Assembly: GCF_018977255.1 (NCBI RefSeq)
Contig: NW_024705507.1
Coordinates: forward strand, 1-38,404
Source of the DNA: Callorhinchus milii
Taxonomy: Eukaryota
Length of the DNA stretch: 38,404 nt
Direction of reading: 5' to 3'
Shown here one piece after another: positions 13,263 through 25,708 of the stretch. The notes below the pieces were generated by a model. That model was given only the letters and a program-made list of their open reading frames with translations. It had not been told where the DNA came from and did not search any database. Made by a program: the position numbers and the translations under genes. Each line of letters opens with the position of its first letter. The first letter of the stretch is position 1.

Positions 13263-15795
13263 TCTTCTTCCTAGCGTTGTTCCCGCTGTGGCGCAGGGTC
13301 CGCTTTTCGGCATTGTCTTCTCCATTTGGCTCGGTCCAGGGCATCTTCAGGGGATGCGTTGACCGTCTTTATGTCTTCCTTTATTCGATCCATCCATCGC
13401 TTCTTCGGACGTCCGCGTGGACGGCGGCCCTCTGGCTCAATACGCATGGCAGTCTTGGCCACTGATGACTCTTCACTTCGCATCACATGGCCGTACCACC
13501 GAAGCCTTGCCTCAAGCATCTTGTCCGCAATGGGGGCCACACCAAGTCGATTCCGAACGTCTTCGTTCATGACACGATCCCATCGAGTGAGTCCGAGGCT
13601 CCATCTGAGCATCCTCATCTCCATGGTGTGGAGAGCTTGTTCGTGTACAGTTGTGGCTGGCCAGCACTCGGATCCATAGAGTGCCACCGGTCGGACGATG
13701 GTCTTGTAAATTTTTCCCTTCAGCCTATCCGGCATTTTCCTATCACAGAGGACTCCGGTGACTTGCCTCCACTTCATCCATGCCGCATTGACTCGTGACC
13801 TCACATCAGTCGTGATGCTACCATCTGAGCTGATGGTGGAACCCAGGTACTTGAAGTCCGTCACTTTCTTCAGATCTTCTCCGTCAATGCTGATGGTGCC
13901 GTCGGTTTGGGGGCCACACTCCATATACTCCGTCTTTTGATGTTGAACCTCATCCCGTTTTCGTCCAAACGTTCCTTCCACAGGCGCGTTTGTCTTTCCA
14001 CTTCTCCTCTCTCTTCATCTGAGAGGAGGACGTCATCCGCGTAGAGAATTGACCATGGCAGGGGCGTGTGCAGGTCGGCAGTGATCGTGTCCATGCACAG
14101 GATAAACAGGAGTGGTGACAGGGCCGATCCTTGGTGCACTCCAACGCTGATGGGAAATGGCGGTGATATGCCCACTGCACACCTGACTGCACTGGTGACG
14201 TTCTTGTATAGGAGTTGCACCCAATGCACGTAGGTTTCAGGGACTCCATGGGATCGAAGCGAGTGCCAGATGAGGTCGTGGGGGACCCTGTCAAATGCCT
14301 TTTCAAGGTCGAGGAACGACACGTGCACAGCTTTGTTCTTCTCTCTGTGCCTCTCCAGCAGGAGCCTCGCCGCGAATATGGCGTCCGTAGTGCCACATCC
14401 TTTGACGAAGCCGCATTGGTTGGGTGATAGGGTGACGATGTTTCTAATCCTCGTGTCCAAAACTCGCTCAAAGATCTTCATCGCATGACACAGGAGCCGG
14501 ATTGGCCTGTAATTCGAGCATTCTGCCACGGCCCCTTTACCCTTCCAAATTGGATCCGTCGTGCTGGTCGACCAGGCTTCTGGGACCTCACCGGTGCTCG
14601 TGATGGTGCTGAAGAGTTGGGTAAGGAGGGCAGCACCCTGCCTGCCAAGGATCTTCCAGGCCTCAGCAGGGATATCGTCCGGGCCAGTCGCTTTCCCATT
14701 CTTCATTCTCTTGATAGCTTGTTCCACTTCGGTGATGGTGATAGGTGAAACCGGATCGAGGACGTGTTCAGCGCTAATAATAGGTGGGTGGGGAAATTCC
14801 TGGTTGCAGATTCCAGAGAAGTAGTCGCTCCAGCCTTGAAGGATGGCGGGCGGGTCTCTGAGAGCGCTGTGATTCTCATCCTTTATGCATTTGACCTGAC
14901 CAATATCCTGAGTCGAACGATGGCGCGCCTCTGCCAGTCGATAGATCTTATTGGCACCTTCTGGGGTGTCCAGTTCGACATACAGTTGGTCGTATTGAGC
15001 TAATTTCACCGCTGCTACTACTCGCTTCGCTGCCGATTTGCAGTTTCTGTATTGTTGGTAATCCAGATCTGCGAGCGTTTTGCGCCACTTCTTGAAAGCT
15101 AGCTTCTTCTCTTTCACTGCTAGCTGAACTTCTTCGTTCCACCACCATATTTGCTTGTCAATGAAGTGTTTTGCCGGCTTAGTTAGCCCCAGTGCTTCCG
15201 TTGCTGCTGTGCACAGTTGGCCGGCGAGATCTTCCCAAATCGCATTCGCTGGTCGGTTGGTGTTCACGTCAATCTGATTGAGGGCGACTCTCAGCTGATC
15301 TTTGCATTCCTTCATCCGCCACCACTTAATTCGCTGCTGTTCCGTTGTTGGTGGGCGATGTCGCTGGCCAATGTCCATTTTCATGTCCATGATCAGGATG
15401 CGATGTTGTGGGGTGATGTTGTCCGATGGTATGACTTTAGTGTTTGTCACCGTTTTCAGCTTATCCCGCTTGACAAGCCAGAAATCAATTTGAGTTGATC
15501 TCCCACCACTGGCGTACGTAATGAGATGGGACGGTCTCTTCTTGAAGAAGGTGTTGGCGAGGACAAGATCATGGGCTTCCGCAAAGTCCAGGGCTCGGTT
15601 TTCCTCATCGTTCCGGGTACCATATCCTTGGCCACCATGGTTTCGAGGGTATCCATCCCGGGCGTTTCCAACGTGTCCATTTAGGTCTCCACCAATTACT
15701 AACTGCTCTTCTCCATTTATTTGATTGCATGTGTCCATCAATTGTTCCCAAAATTCCTCCTTGGTATCTGCTGGGCAGCCAGGCTGCGGCGCATA
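13263..15795 (-). mobile_element. RTE-clade LINE, 5'-truncated within the apurinic endonuclease domain (copy 4, longest); APE + RT ORF with one frameshift at ~13935
   Basis: YAPQPGC...EEFW, IGGDLNGHVG, NTFFKKR, QIDF, KATGPDDIP, NYRPIRLL, LYADD; ORFs 13870-15741 and 13271-13981; GAAGAAGA tail. Confidence 0.96.
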
Positions 15796-15882
15796 CCACC
15801 AAAGTGTTATTCAAATAATTGTAATCCCATCCTGATCCTGCACCTTCATGTTTCACATATCCCACCATTGGTTCGCACGTCC

Positions 15883-15968
15883 ATATTACATACATACATG
15901 TTACATGCATACATATTACATACAGACATATCTCATGCATACATATTACATACAGACATGTTACATAC
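15883..15968. repeat. ACAT/AGAC minisatellite (~15 bp unit CATRTTACATACAKA)
   Basis: Direct inspection; related arrays at 17352-17405, 24139-24345, 32117-32299. Confidence 0.85.
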
Positions 15969-16714
15969 TGACGAGCAAATTGTGATTCCTAGAGGACCAC
16001 GGTGTGAAGCTAAGAATTCGAATTCAAATATCACACTTCAATGTACGGTGTTCTAATCTTTAACACCAGTTTATTGTTATTTTATAGCGTTATAATGTAT
16101 AGCTCATAGCTTATATTGTTAGAGTTCACAACATTATAGTTTACTATAACACTAGTTTGTAGTGTTATTTTAAAGCGTTACAATGTATAGCTCATAGTTT
16201 AAAGGTTATATTGTTAGAGTTTATAATGTTAGAGTATACAATGTGAGTTTACAATTTGAGAGTTTGTGGACGTGCCCTGTTCTCGTGGGACCCGACACGG
16301 ATTTGGAAATGATTGCTATGATCATGTCTGAGCTTCCATTCTACGTGACTTTACCGAAAGAACCAAGAAGATAAATCCCTGCAGTCACGAAAGCTTTGAA
16401 TCGAAATTTTATACGATTCTTGCCCTGTACCCCCCACAGTTCACATATCCGACCCCCGGTTCGATTTAACAGATAATTTACATACATATGTGTAGAGTGC
16501 GATTTAATACCTCTAATGAGATTAAAATATCGTACCTCCGTTTATGGTGGTATAAATTATTAAACCAGTTGATAGTTTATAGACGTTTAATGTTCACTAT
16601 TATTGTTGATAGTGTTATCAGTTTACGTGTTTTTAAGTACAGGTGATCCCCGGTTTACTTCGGTATTCTGGACCTGAACGTTGCAAAACCATTCCTAACG
16701 AAGACATTTCCCCA

Positions 16715-17136
16715 CCAGAGCGCAAGCAGCTAATGAAAAGAACACGGGCCGGCGGGAGCATGTGCTTCCATGGTTGGTCAGGGAGAGGGCATGGTTGTAT
16801 TGCTCACAGGTGCCATCGGGTATGTCCGCCCATGGCCGGTTCCGGTCGAGGTCATCGAGGTGGGTGATGTAAAGACAGTGCGTCAACTAAGGGACAAGTG
16901 GTGACAACAGGATAGAGAGAGTTCGAGAAGGGAAGGCGGGACCAAGTGTGGACGGAGGTTCATGCTGAGAATAAGAGAGGGGGAGAAACGAGGTTCGGGG
17001 CTGTGTTGGCCGGGATTCGGGTCGAGGCTGGTTGCCGTCTCGTCGTCATCGTTGCTATATTTTGACGCCTGGGTCCTAAGCCGCGTTAAAGGCTAAATAA
17101 AATAACCCTCTGTAGTCTGAGTCTGGAGTCATTAGA
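16715..17136 (+). mobile_element. Ty3/Gypsy remnant: deleted integrase tail plus LTR (16868-17136)
   Basis: LTR begins TGTAAAGAC after purine-rich GAGGTGGGTGA, contains AATAAA, ends GTCATTAGA (other copies GTCRTTACA). Confidence 0.7.
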
Positions 17137-17724
17137 ATTTTAAGGATTCATAATTGCACTGGCTTATATTGGGTTTGGTCGATTATTTATATATTCATAC
17201 TGAATATTGCTATTTGATGCCATTGAGATGGAACATTCATCCAGCAGTGGATAGCTTGATCCTAATACCACCAAAGTGTTATTCAAATAATTTTAATCCC
17301 ATCCTGATCCTGCACCTACCGTTTCACATAACCCACCATTGGTTCGCACGTCCATATTACATACATGTTACATACATACATTTTACATACAGACATGTTA
17401 CATACTCAAGAGCATAGTGTGATTCTTAGAGGACCACGGTGTGAAGCTAAGAATATCGAATGAGATTCGAATATCACTGTAACACTAGTTTATGATATTA
17501 TTTTATAGCGTTATAATGTATCGCTCTTAGCTTATATTGTTAGAGTTCACAACATTATAGTTTACTATAACACTAGTTTGTAGTGTTATTTTAAAGCGTT
17601 ACAATGTATAGCTCATAGTTTAAAGGCTATATTGTTAGAGTTTATAATGTTAGAGTATACAATGTGAGTTTACAATTTGAGAGTTTGGGACGTGCCCTGT
17701 TCTCGTGGGACCCGACACGAATTT

Positions 17725-20700
17725 GGAAATAATTGCTATGACCATGTCTGAGCTGAGATGAGCGACTACTGTTTACTTTGTTTAATCATAACTGTGTGTA
17801 GGTTAGTGCCATCGGGCATAGTGAATACTACTCATGAATGAACTCATACTTCTTTCGGATAGAAATTGAAATCATGTTGGTAGAACAAGTCGCCTGCCTT
17901 TTCTAGACGAATTGTTATCTTCATGTGCGTCCGAAAATAAACTGCTAAAATACACAGCATAGGGAAGGCTGTTTTGTTGGGGAGATGTAGTTTGGGTAAG
18001 GCGCTGTGGCCGGGTGATGACACGGATTCTGAAACAATGGAGTTAAACACTCGCTGCTTGGCCCGTCGACAGCAGCGAAGGCTGTCATATACCGCCCCAT
18101 TTACGAGTTGGCTGTACAATGTGTATAGTTGAAGGTGCTAGGTGTTGTCTTCTTCTAACAGCTACTGACGTGCGTGTGTTGTCTGTTTTAGGATTTGTCC
18201 ATTGATGTTGTTCTTTTTATTGCGGCGTTTTTTTGTTGAGTTCTGTCACTTGAGTGTTACAATTTGTTTAAGAATACGTCATGTGAGCGTGGTGTTTTGC
18301 TTGTTGGAATTTTGCAGAGTGCGATTATTATACAACCACACTGTGATTATAATGCTTCTGATGATATTATAATACCTTACCTACGTTTATATGGTTATAA
18401 TTTAAAACACTAGTTTGTAATCGTTTAATGTTTAATGTTATCGTTTATAGTATTACAGTTTACATGTTATAGAGTACAGTTTATCCCCGACATACTTCGG
18501 GATTAGGGACTGGTACGTTGATGAACGATGAACTACGGGGACTTTCCCCTCAAGGAACACGTGTTAATCGGGTAGACAGCCAAGATGCTGCCGTTAAGGG
18601 CACACTTGTGTGACGGAGATCCTCCACCTGAATTATCTGAACATGTTTTTGCTAGAAACATTATAAAATAAAGACCGGACAAACATTTGTTAAAAATACG
18701 TTTTTATTCATCTGCAATCATTTTTACGTCAAAACTCGAAGGGAATATTTATTATGTCCTATGTTCACACATTTCCAGTACAATGCAAACCATTTCCGTT
18801 CCAGGAATACCAAAGCGTTAAAGTATCATTCCCCATGATTTCCTTATTAGTTCACCACATTTGTTCACTGTGCGTCTATGTTGAAGTCAAGGCCATATAT
18901 CCAACGAACGCGTCATCAATGTACATCCTGAAATCGGCTATCTAAAGTCGATTAATACCAATCAAAAAAAGCTATATACTTGAAAAAAAACGTTTAAAAT
19001 GTTGAGTAAAGATGTACCTACAGACGCATTCCAACTTTAGCTCAACAGGAACACTTAACGACTACAATTGAACCCTCTCACAACCAGTGCTCATCACACC
19101 ACTTCGGCAAGTAATCCGATAACATTACAAACCACCACTGTGCATGTCATTAAACTCTCAAAAAACTGTAAAACTAAAATGGTCAAAATAACACACAAAA
19201 GTACTCGATATGGCTTAATAGGTATAACCACATGACATAATATTTTTTCAGTCACCCCGAGCTCTCTGGTTGATCCTCGAGCCACTCCATTACATCCAGC
19301 CATCTCTCGGGATCCAACTGCATGGGATCGAAGGTGGAAACTCTTCAGGACTCATTGCAGCACCTTGAATTTCAGCTTTTGATTTCAGTTTCCTATCATT
19401 GTGGACCTTCTGATGCCTGTTCAGAGTTGACGACTGTGAAAATGCCTTCCCACACGCAGGGCACAGGAATGGCTTATCGCCCGTGTGTGTTTGATGAGTG
19501 TGTAAATGCCTCCCCACACACAGAGCACAGGAATGGCTTCTCGCCCGTGTGTGTTCTCTGATGACTCTGAAGATGTGATGACTGTGCAAATGCCTTCCCA
19601 CACACAGGGCACAGGAATGGCTTCTCTCCCGTGTGTGTTCTCTGATGGTATTGAAGAGTTGACGAGTGTGCAAATGCCTTCCCACACACAGGGCACAGGA
19701 ATGGCTTCTCACCCGTGTGTGTTCTCTGATGACTCTGAAGATGTGATGACTTCGCAAATGTCTTCCCACACACAGGGCACAGGAATGGCTTCTCGCCCGT
19801 GTGCGTTCTCTGATGAGTTTGAAGAGTTGACGATTGTGCAAATGCCTTCCCACACACAGGGCACAGGAATGGCTTCTCGCCCGTGTGTGTTCTTTGGTGA
19901 CTCTGAAGATGTGACGAGTGTGCAAATGTCTTCCCACACACAGGGCACAGGAATGGCTTCTCGCCCGTGTGTGTTTTCTGATGGCGTTGAAGTTTGCTGA
20001 AAGTGCAAATGCTTTCCCACACACAGAGCACAGGAATGGCTTCTTGCCCGTGTGTGTTCTCTGGTGGCTCTGAAGATGTGATGGCCGTGAAAAGGACTTC
20101 CCACACACAGAGCAATTGAATGGCTTCTTGCCTCCGTGTGCGTGGGGCTGTGGAGAGCGTCTCTGCTCCATGTGAGCGTAGTAACAGCAGCGGTGTTATC
20201 GAGTCAAAAGTACGCTATCGGCCGCAAGGATGTTTAGCGTTGAGTTTTGGATTTTGTTAACTGCTAAAACAAGAACGACACTCGCGTCTAACCGAGACGC
20301 AAAAAATCCCCTAATTTGACGACGAACACGTTTAAGAGTTTATCCGCGAAAATAGACACTTACTTGGAGATTCACGGTATATCGATGTCTGGAACCCGTC
20401 TGAAGATGTCGCCACGAACTCTCCCGACGCAAAGTCGCCTAACTGTCGACACAGCAATTGTGCTCGCCAGGCTGCGTTGTCTCGCGGTTGAAGGGCGATC
20501 AGCAGAGCGACGAGTCGAGCGTCCAACCTCATCAAGTTCCCTCTCGAAATGGCATTGAGCTCTGCTTCTGAGCCGCCTTATAACTCCCCCCCTAGGATCC
20601 AATCCTTTGTCTTTCAGGATATTTGCATTCGATTGTTAATTTTGGAAGGTACAATCCGCATGTCTATTAACATACCGAAGGGTAATGTGCCCATTGTGCT

Positions 20701-20760
20701 TCATGCATGAATATGTAAGTGCATCTCAGTGTGTAATTGTGCGCTTATTTTGAATAAATG
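17725..20760. repeat. Direct segmental duplication of ~470-3520 (ZF1/ZF5 loci with flanks)
   Basis: Colinear similarity of flank modules, ZF gene and 5' module; e.g. ORFs 571-831 and 17844-18119. Confidence 0.85.
19252..20171 (-). pseudogene. ZF5: tandem C2H2 zinc-finger gene, ~9 finger units with diverse helices; frameshifts at ~20000, ~19490, ~19340
   Basis: ORFs 19290-20171 and 19474-20115; helices RPSH, HSSH, QSST, KSSH, HSST, QSSH. Confidence 0.9.
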
Positions 20761-22594
20761 GAAAAACACGTTCCCCATGCCCTCCATTGTCCTCGATTTA
20801 AAGTGAATGCAGCCCCGTGGCGTTGCCAAAAATCGCCGAGCTTCGTGTGTGAGCACGTACAGACGCGTAGTGACCACACTTGCAATACAATCACTCTAAC
20901 ATCAGTAACCAAAATCCGATCTGGTACATGGTCTCCGCTTGGTCTGGTTTGTATCCGTCATCACTCCGGAGACAAACAGCGAGGCATGGTTTGGCCAGCC
21001 ACCACCTCGTTTGCCAAAACGACTTTAATAGCTGCTCTCAAACAACACTATCACCAATGGTGGTTTACAGGCTAGGCTGTTAAGCGGACAATCAGTCTTT
21101 TTGGGCAAGGCGTATGGGAAAATACACACCTCTGTTATCCCATAAACACAATACACAGCATCGGTAAGGCTGCCTTGTTGGGGAGATGTAGCTTGGGTAA
21201 GGTGCTGTCACTGGAGTTAGGCGATGTGACTGGGTTATCACACGGATTCCGAAAAGCAGCTTAGACGATACGATCCACTGCGCTCCATCTCCCCACATGA
21301 ACGACGACATTCTGAGTTTTAAAAAAGTGGAATATATATTGTAAATACGTTTTTTTAAATAATGTTTATTGTATCTATGTTACAATGTGTGATTGTTATA
21401 CTCTTTATTTGTGTATACTGTATATACTTATATGGCTATTCGATTCCATTGATACGACACATTCATCCAACAGTGGAAAGTGTGATTCTAATACGAGTGG
21501 GATTCGAATAATTGTAATTCGATTCTAATCCTGCATATCCTACCCCCGGTTGGCATATTAACTTACCATACGTACAACCACAGTGTGATTCTAATTAGCT
21601 CAGTGCGATTCTAATGATTAGTATGCGATTATAATCCCACACCTCCAATTATGTGGTTCTGCACTATAACAGTTAATCGTATTTTAAAGCGTAACAATGG
21701 CTAGGTTGTAGTTCATAGGTTATAATATTATATTTCACTATGTTAGAGTTTAACATGTGAGAGTTTACAATGTCAGAGTTGATCAAGAGCGTCAATCTTG
21801 ATCGACGCAGAAGCAAATACAGCAGCAGCAACATCACATTTCGAGGGCGACGCAGCTACTTCTGATTCTGCTGCTTCCGCTGCTCAGATATTTGTTGCCA
21901 GGCCCTGCTCTCGCGGGACCCCACACGTCTTTGGAAATGATTGAGATGATGATGTCTGAGCTGATAATTAATTAATAAAGAGTACTTTGTTTGTGTGTAT
22001 AGGTCTGTGTCATCGGGGATCAGCGAACACTGCTTATGAATGAACTCGCACACCTTTATGACCGACATTGTACTAATTTTGGTTGATCGAGACGAACAAG
22101 GCACGTGCCATGTCCAGACGAATTGATATTAACAATATTGTCCTTAAATATAATGCTAACACTGGATTAACGTTAACACTGGATTAAACATGCACATTTT
22201 AAACCCTGCCTAGCATTTATGACTAACGATTCGCATTTGCACATAACATATATTCAAGCACAGTAAAATGCGCATACGAACATATTGTTACTAGAATAAT
22301 TTTAATGCGATTCTAACCCTGCAAACCCCCACAGTTCGCATATCCGTCCCCCGATTCGATTGAACCTACACTTTACATACATATGAGCGATTAAAATGCT
22401 TCTAATGACATTCTCATACCGTAACTCCGTTTATGGTGGAATCTATTATAAAAAAAATAAAGTCGTTGAATGTTTAGTGTTATTGTTCATAGTGTTATCA
22501 GTTTACATGTTATAGAGTACAGGTGATCCCCCGTATACTTCGGGTTTCGGGACCAGAACGTTGTGAAACGATTTACAACGAGGAACTTTCCCTG

Positions 22595-23815
22595 CCAGAG
22601 CGCAAGCCGCTAATGAAAAGAACACGGGGCGGCGGGAACACGTGCTTCCATGGGCGGTCGTAGACAGGTTGTGTTGCCCAAAGGTGACACCGGGTACGTC
22701 CACCAAGTTGCTCCGCCCACGGCGGCGACAGGTAGAAGTCATAGAGGTGAAATGGCCGCAGTGTGTACGCATGTAGTTATGTCCGTCCCCACCCAGACAG
22801 CTCATCCCCATGTCCTGTACAGCCCAAGTCTGGTGTGTCCGACGTGGTGGGGCCTCGGCAACGGAAACCGTACGCAAATGAAATGTGTTGTGGCGCCCAC
22901 AGTTTCCGAGCCCCTGAGGCCCGGGGTGCCTCAAGGATCGCCACGTGCGAGGTGGCCCAGTCATATTCTTCAAAAGAAGCCAAGGACCTGCCTAACCCTT
23001 CAAGGCTGTGATGTGATCCTTGACGGAAAGGCACAATATTCCATAATGGGCGAGGGACTGGCGTTGAGAACCAGGTCAAAATGCGCAAGGTTGCGCTAGT
23101 AAGCTCCACTCCCAACCCACGAATTATGCGAAGGGTTCCTTGGACAACGTGGAAATGTATTAGATGTATTGTTGTGGTTATTGTGTTGATTTGTTGATGT
23201 TGTCGAGTGAGTGTGGTCACACCGCTTACCCCTTGCAGTTGCCCGTTAAGATTGTGATTGTTGGGCGTCGGGGAATTTTGCTACAGCTGCTGCCCTGATG
23301 CACTTGGCTTCTAAAACATATTTCTGATGTAAAGACAGTGCATCTACTAAGGGACAAGCGGTGACAATAGGATATAAAGATTTACACTATAAGACCTTCA
23401 CAGTGGCAAAATATAGTAATAGGTTTTACCAATCAACTTCAAGGACAATACATATCATTATCGTCATCAGAGTTGTTTCTTTTTGTTTGCATTCTGACTG
23501 CTTGTGTTGTGGTTATTGCAAACATGATGCCTTGTATAAAGGTGTCAGTTTTTGTACCAGTTGAAAGGGTTAAAACCTATTACTAGGATAGAGAGAGTTA
23601 AATAAGGGAAGGCAGGACAAAGGGTGGTAGTAGATTCACACCGAGAATAAGAGAGGGGGAGGAACGAGGTCCGGGGCTGTTTTGGTGGAATATCGGATCG
23701 TGGCTGGTTGCTGTCTCGTCGTTGTCGTTGCTAGATCGTGATTCTGGAGTCGTAAGCAGCGTTACAGGCTAAATAAAATAACCCTCTACAGTCTACAGAG
23801 TCTGAAGTCGTTACA
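22595..23815 (+). mobile_element. Ty3/Gypsy LTR retrotransposon 3' remnant: integrase C-terminus, 3' region, LTR 23328-23815 with ~210 bp insertion
   Basis: Frame VLPWAVVDRLCCPKVTPGTSTKLLRPRRRQVEVIEV resembles the GPY/F module; LTR termini TGTAAAGAC...GTCGTTACA. Confidence 0.75.
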
Positions 23816-23934
23816 ATTGTAACGATTCATAATCTCACGAGCTCATAGTGGGTTTGTTCAATTATTTATCTATTTCCATACTTGTGTATTGCTTTTCGAT
23901 GCCATTGAGATGGACATTCATCAATCAGTGGGCA

Positions 23935-24640
23935 ACTTGATTCTAATACGATCATGGTGTGATTCTAATAATTTTATGCGATTCTAAACCTGGCACCTCG
24001 CATGCCATATTTTGTCTTCTGATGCGTATTTTCAAATAACGTAGATTTGAGCAGTGTAATTCTGGTACAACAAAAAATGTAATCAGATCTTGATCCTGCA
24101 CCTTCCGTTTCACAGATCCCACACTTGGTCCCCACGTCCATATTACATACATATTACATACAGACATGTTACATACATACATGTTACATACATATTACAT
24201 ACATACATATTACATACAGACATATTACATACAGACATAATACATACATACATATTACATACAGACATGTTACATACATACATGTTACATACATATTACA
24301 TACATACATATTACATACAGACATATTACATACAGACATGTAACGTACTTACGAGCAAAGTATGATTCTAAGAGGACTACGGAGTGATTCTAATAATTCG
24401 AATGCGATTTCTCTCACTTCAATGTATGGTGTTCTAATCTATAACACTAGTTTATAATGTTATTTTTTTGCGTTATAATGTCGAGCTCATAGGTTTTAAT
24501 GTTCGAGTTCACAACATTAGATTTTACTATAAATGTAGTTTACAGTGGTATTGTTATAGCGTTACATTGTATAGCTATAACAGTTATATTGTTAGAGTTT
24601 ATAATGTTAGAGCTTACAGTGTGAGTTTATAATGTGATAG
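23935..24640. repeat. AT-rich interspersed repeat (representative copy) with expanded ACAT/AGAC minisatellite 24139-24345
   Basis: GATTCTAAT-rich block, CCTGCA/CATATCC core and TTATAATGT/AGAGTTTACAATGT tail recur more than ten times in both orientations. Confidence 0.7.
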
Positions 24641-25262
24641 TTTTTGGCCGTTGATGGTGAGGGACCGTAACGTTGAGGATAGATGTATAATGGAGACTTT
24701 CCCCTCCAGGGACACATGTTAGTGGGGAGACAGCCAAGATGCTGCCGGTTAAGGGCAGATTTGTGTGACGAAGACCCTCCACCTAATACTCGCTTAAAAC
24801 ACGTTTTTGCTATGAACATTGTAAAATAAAAAAACGGACAAACATTTGTTAGAATACGTTTTTTATTAATCTGCAATCATTTTTATGTTAAAACTCCAAC
24901 CGCATATGTATTAAGTCCTATGTTCAAACAGTTACAGTACAATGAAAACCATATCCGTTCCAGGAATACCAAAGCGTTAAAATATCATTCCCCATGATTT
25001 CCTTATTAGTTTACCACATTTGTTCACTGTTCGTCTATGTTGAAGTCAAGGCCAAATATCCAACGAACGCGTCATCAATGTACATCCTAAAGTCGATTAT
25101 TACCAGCAAAAAAGAGGTTTATACTTGAAAAAGAACTCGTTTAAAATGTTGCGTAAAGATCTAACTACAGATGCATTCCAACTTTAGCTCAACAGGAAGA
25201 CTTAAACACTATTATATTGTCTGGAATTTAACCATCTCACAACCACTGCTCATCACACCACT

Positions 25263-25708
25263 TCACAAAGTAATCCCCGAGCTCTCGGGTTGATCCTCGA
25301 GCCACTCCATTACATCCAGCCATCTCTCGGGATCCAACTGCATGGGATCGAAGGTGGAATTATCTTCAGGACTTATTTCAGCACCTTGAATTTCACCTTT
25401 TGATTTCAGCTTCCTATCATTGTGGACCTTCTGATGCCTGTTCATGGATGATGACTGTGAAAATGCCTTCCACACACAAGGCACAGGAATGGCTTCTCGC
25501 CCGTGTGTGTTTTCTGATGAGTTTGAAGATTTGATGACTGTGCAAATGCCTTTCCACACACAGAGCATATGAATGGCTTCTCGCCCGTGTGTGTTCTCTG
25601 GTGTCTCTGAAGATGTGATGGCCATGAAAAGTACTTCCCACACACAGAGCAATTCAATGGCTTCTTGCCTCCGTGTGCGTGGGGCTGTGGAGAGCGTCTC
25701 TGCTCCAA
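25263..25708 (-). pseudogene. ZF6: three-finger C2H2 gene, 1-bp frameshift in finger 3, C-terminal motif present
   Basis: ORFs 25442-25708 and 25263-25652. Confidence 0.88.

Noticed and set aside
24090..24365. His/Thr/Tyr-rich ORFs (ILHTYILHTD) here and at 32022-32468
   Set aside because: Translations of the 15-bp minisatellite
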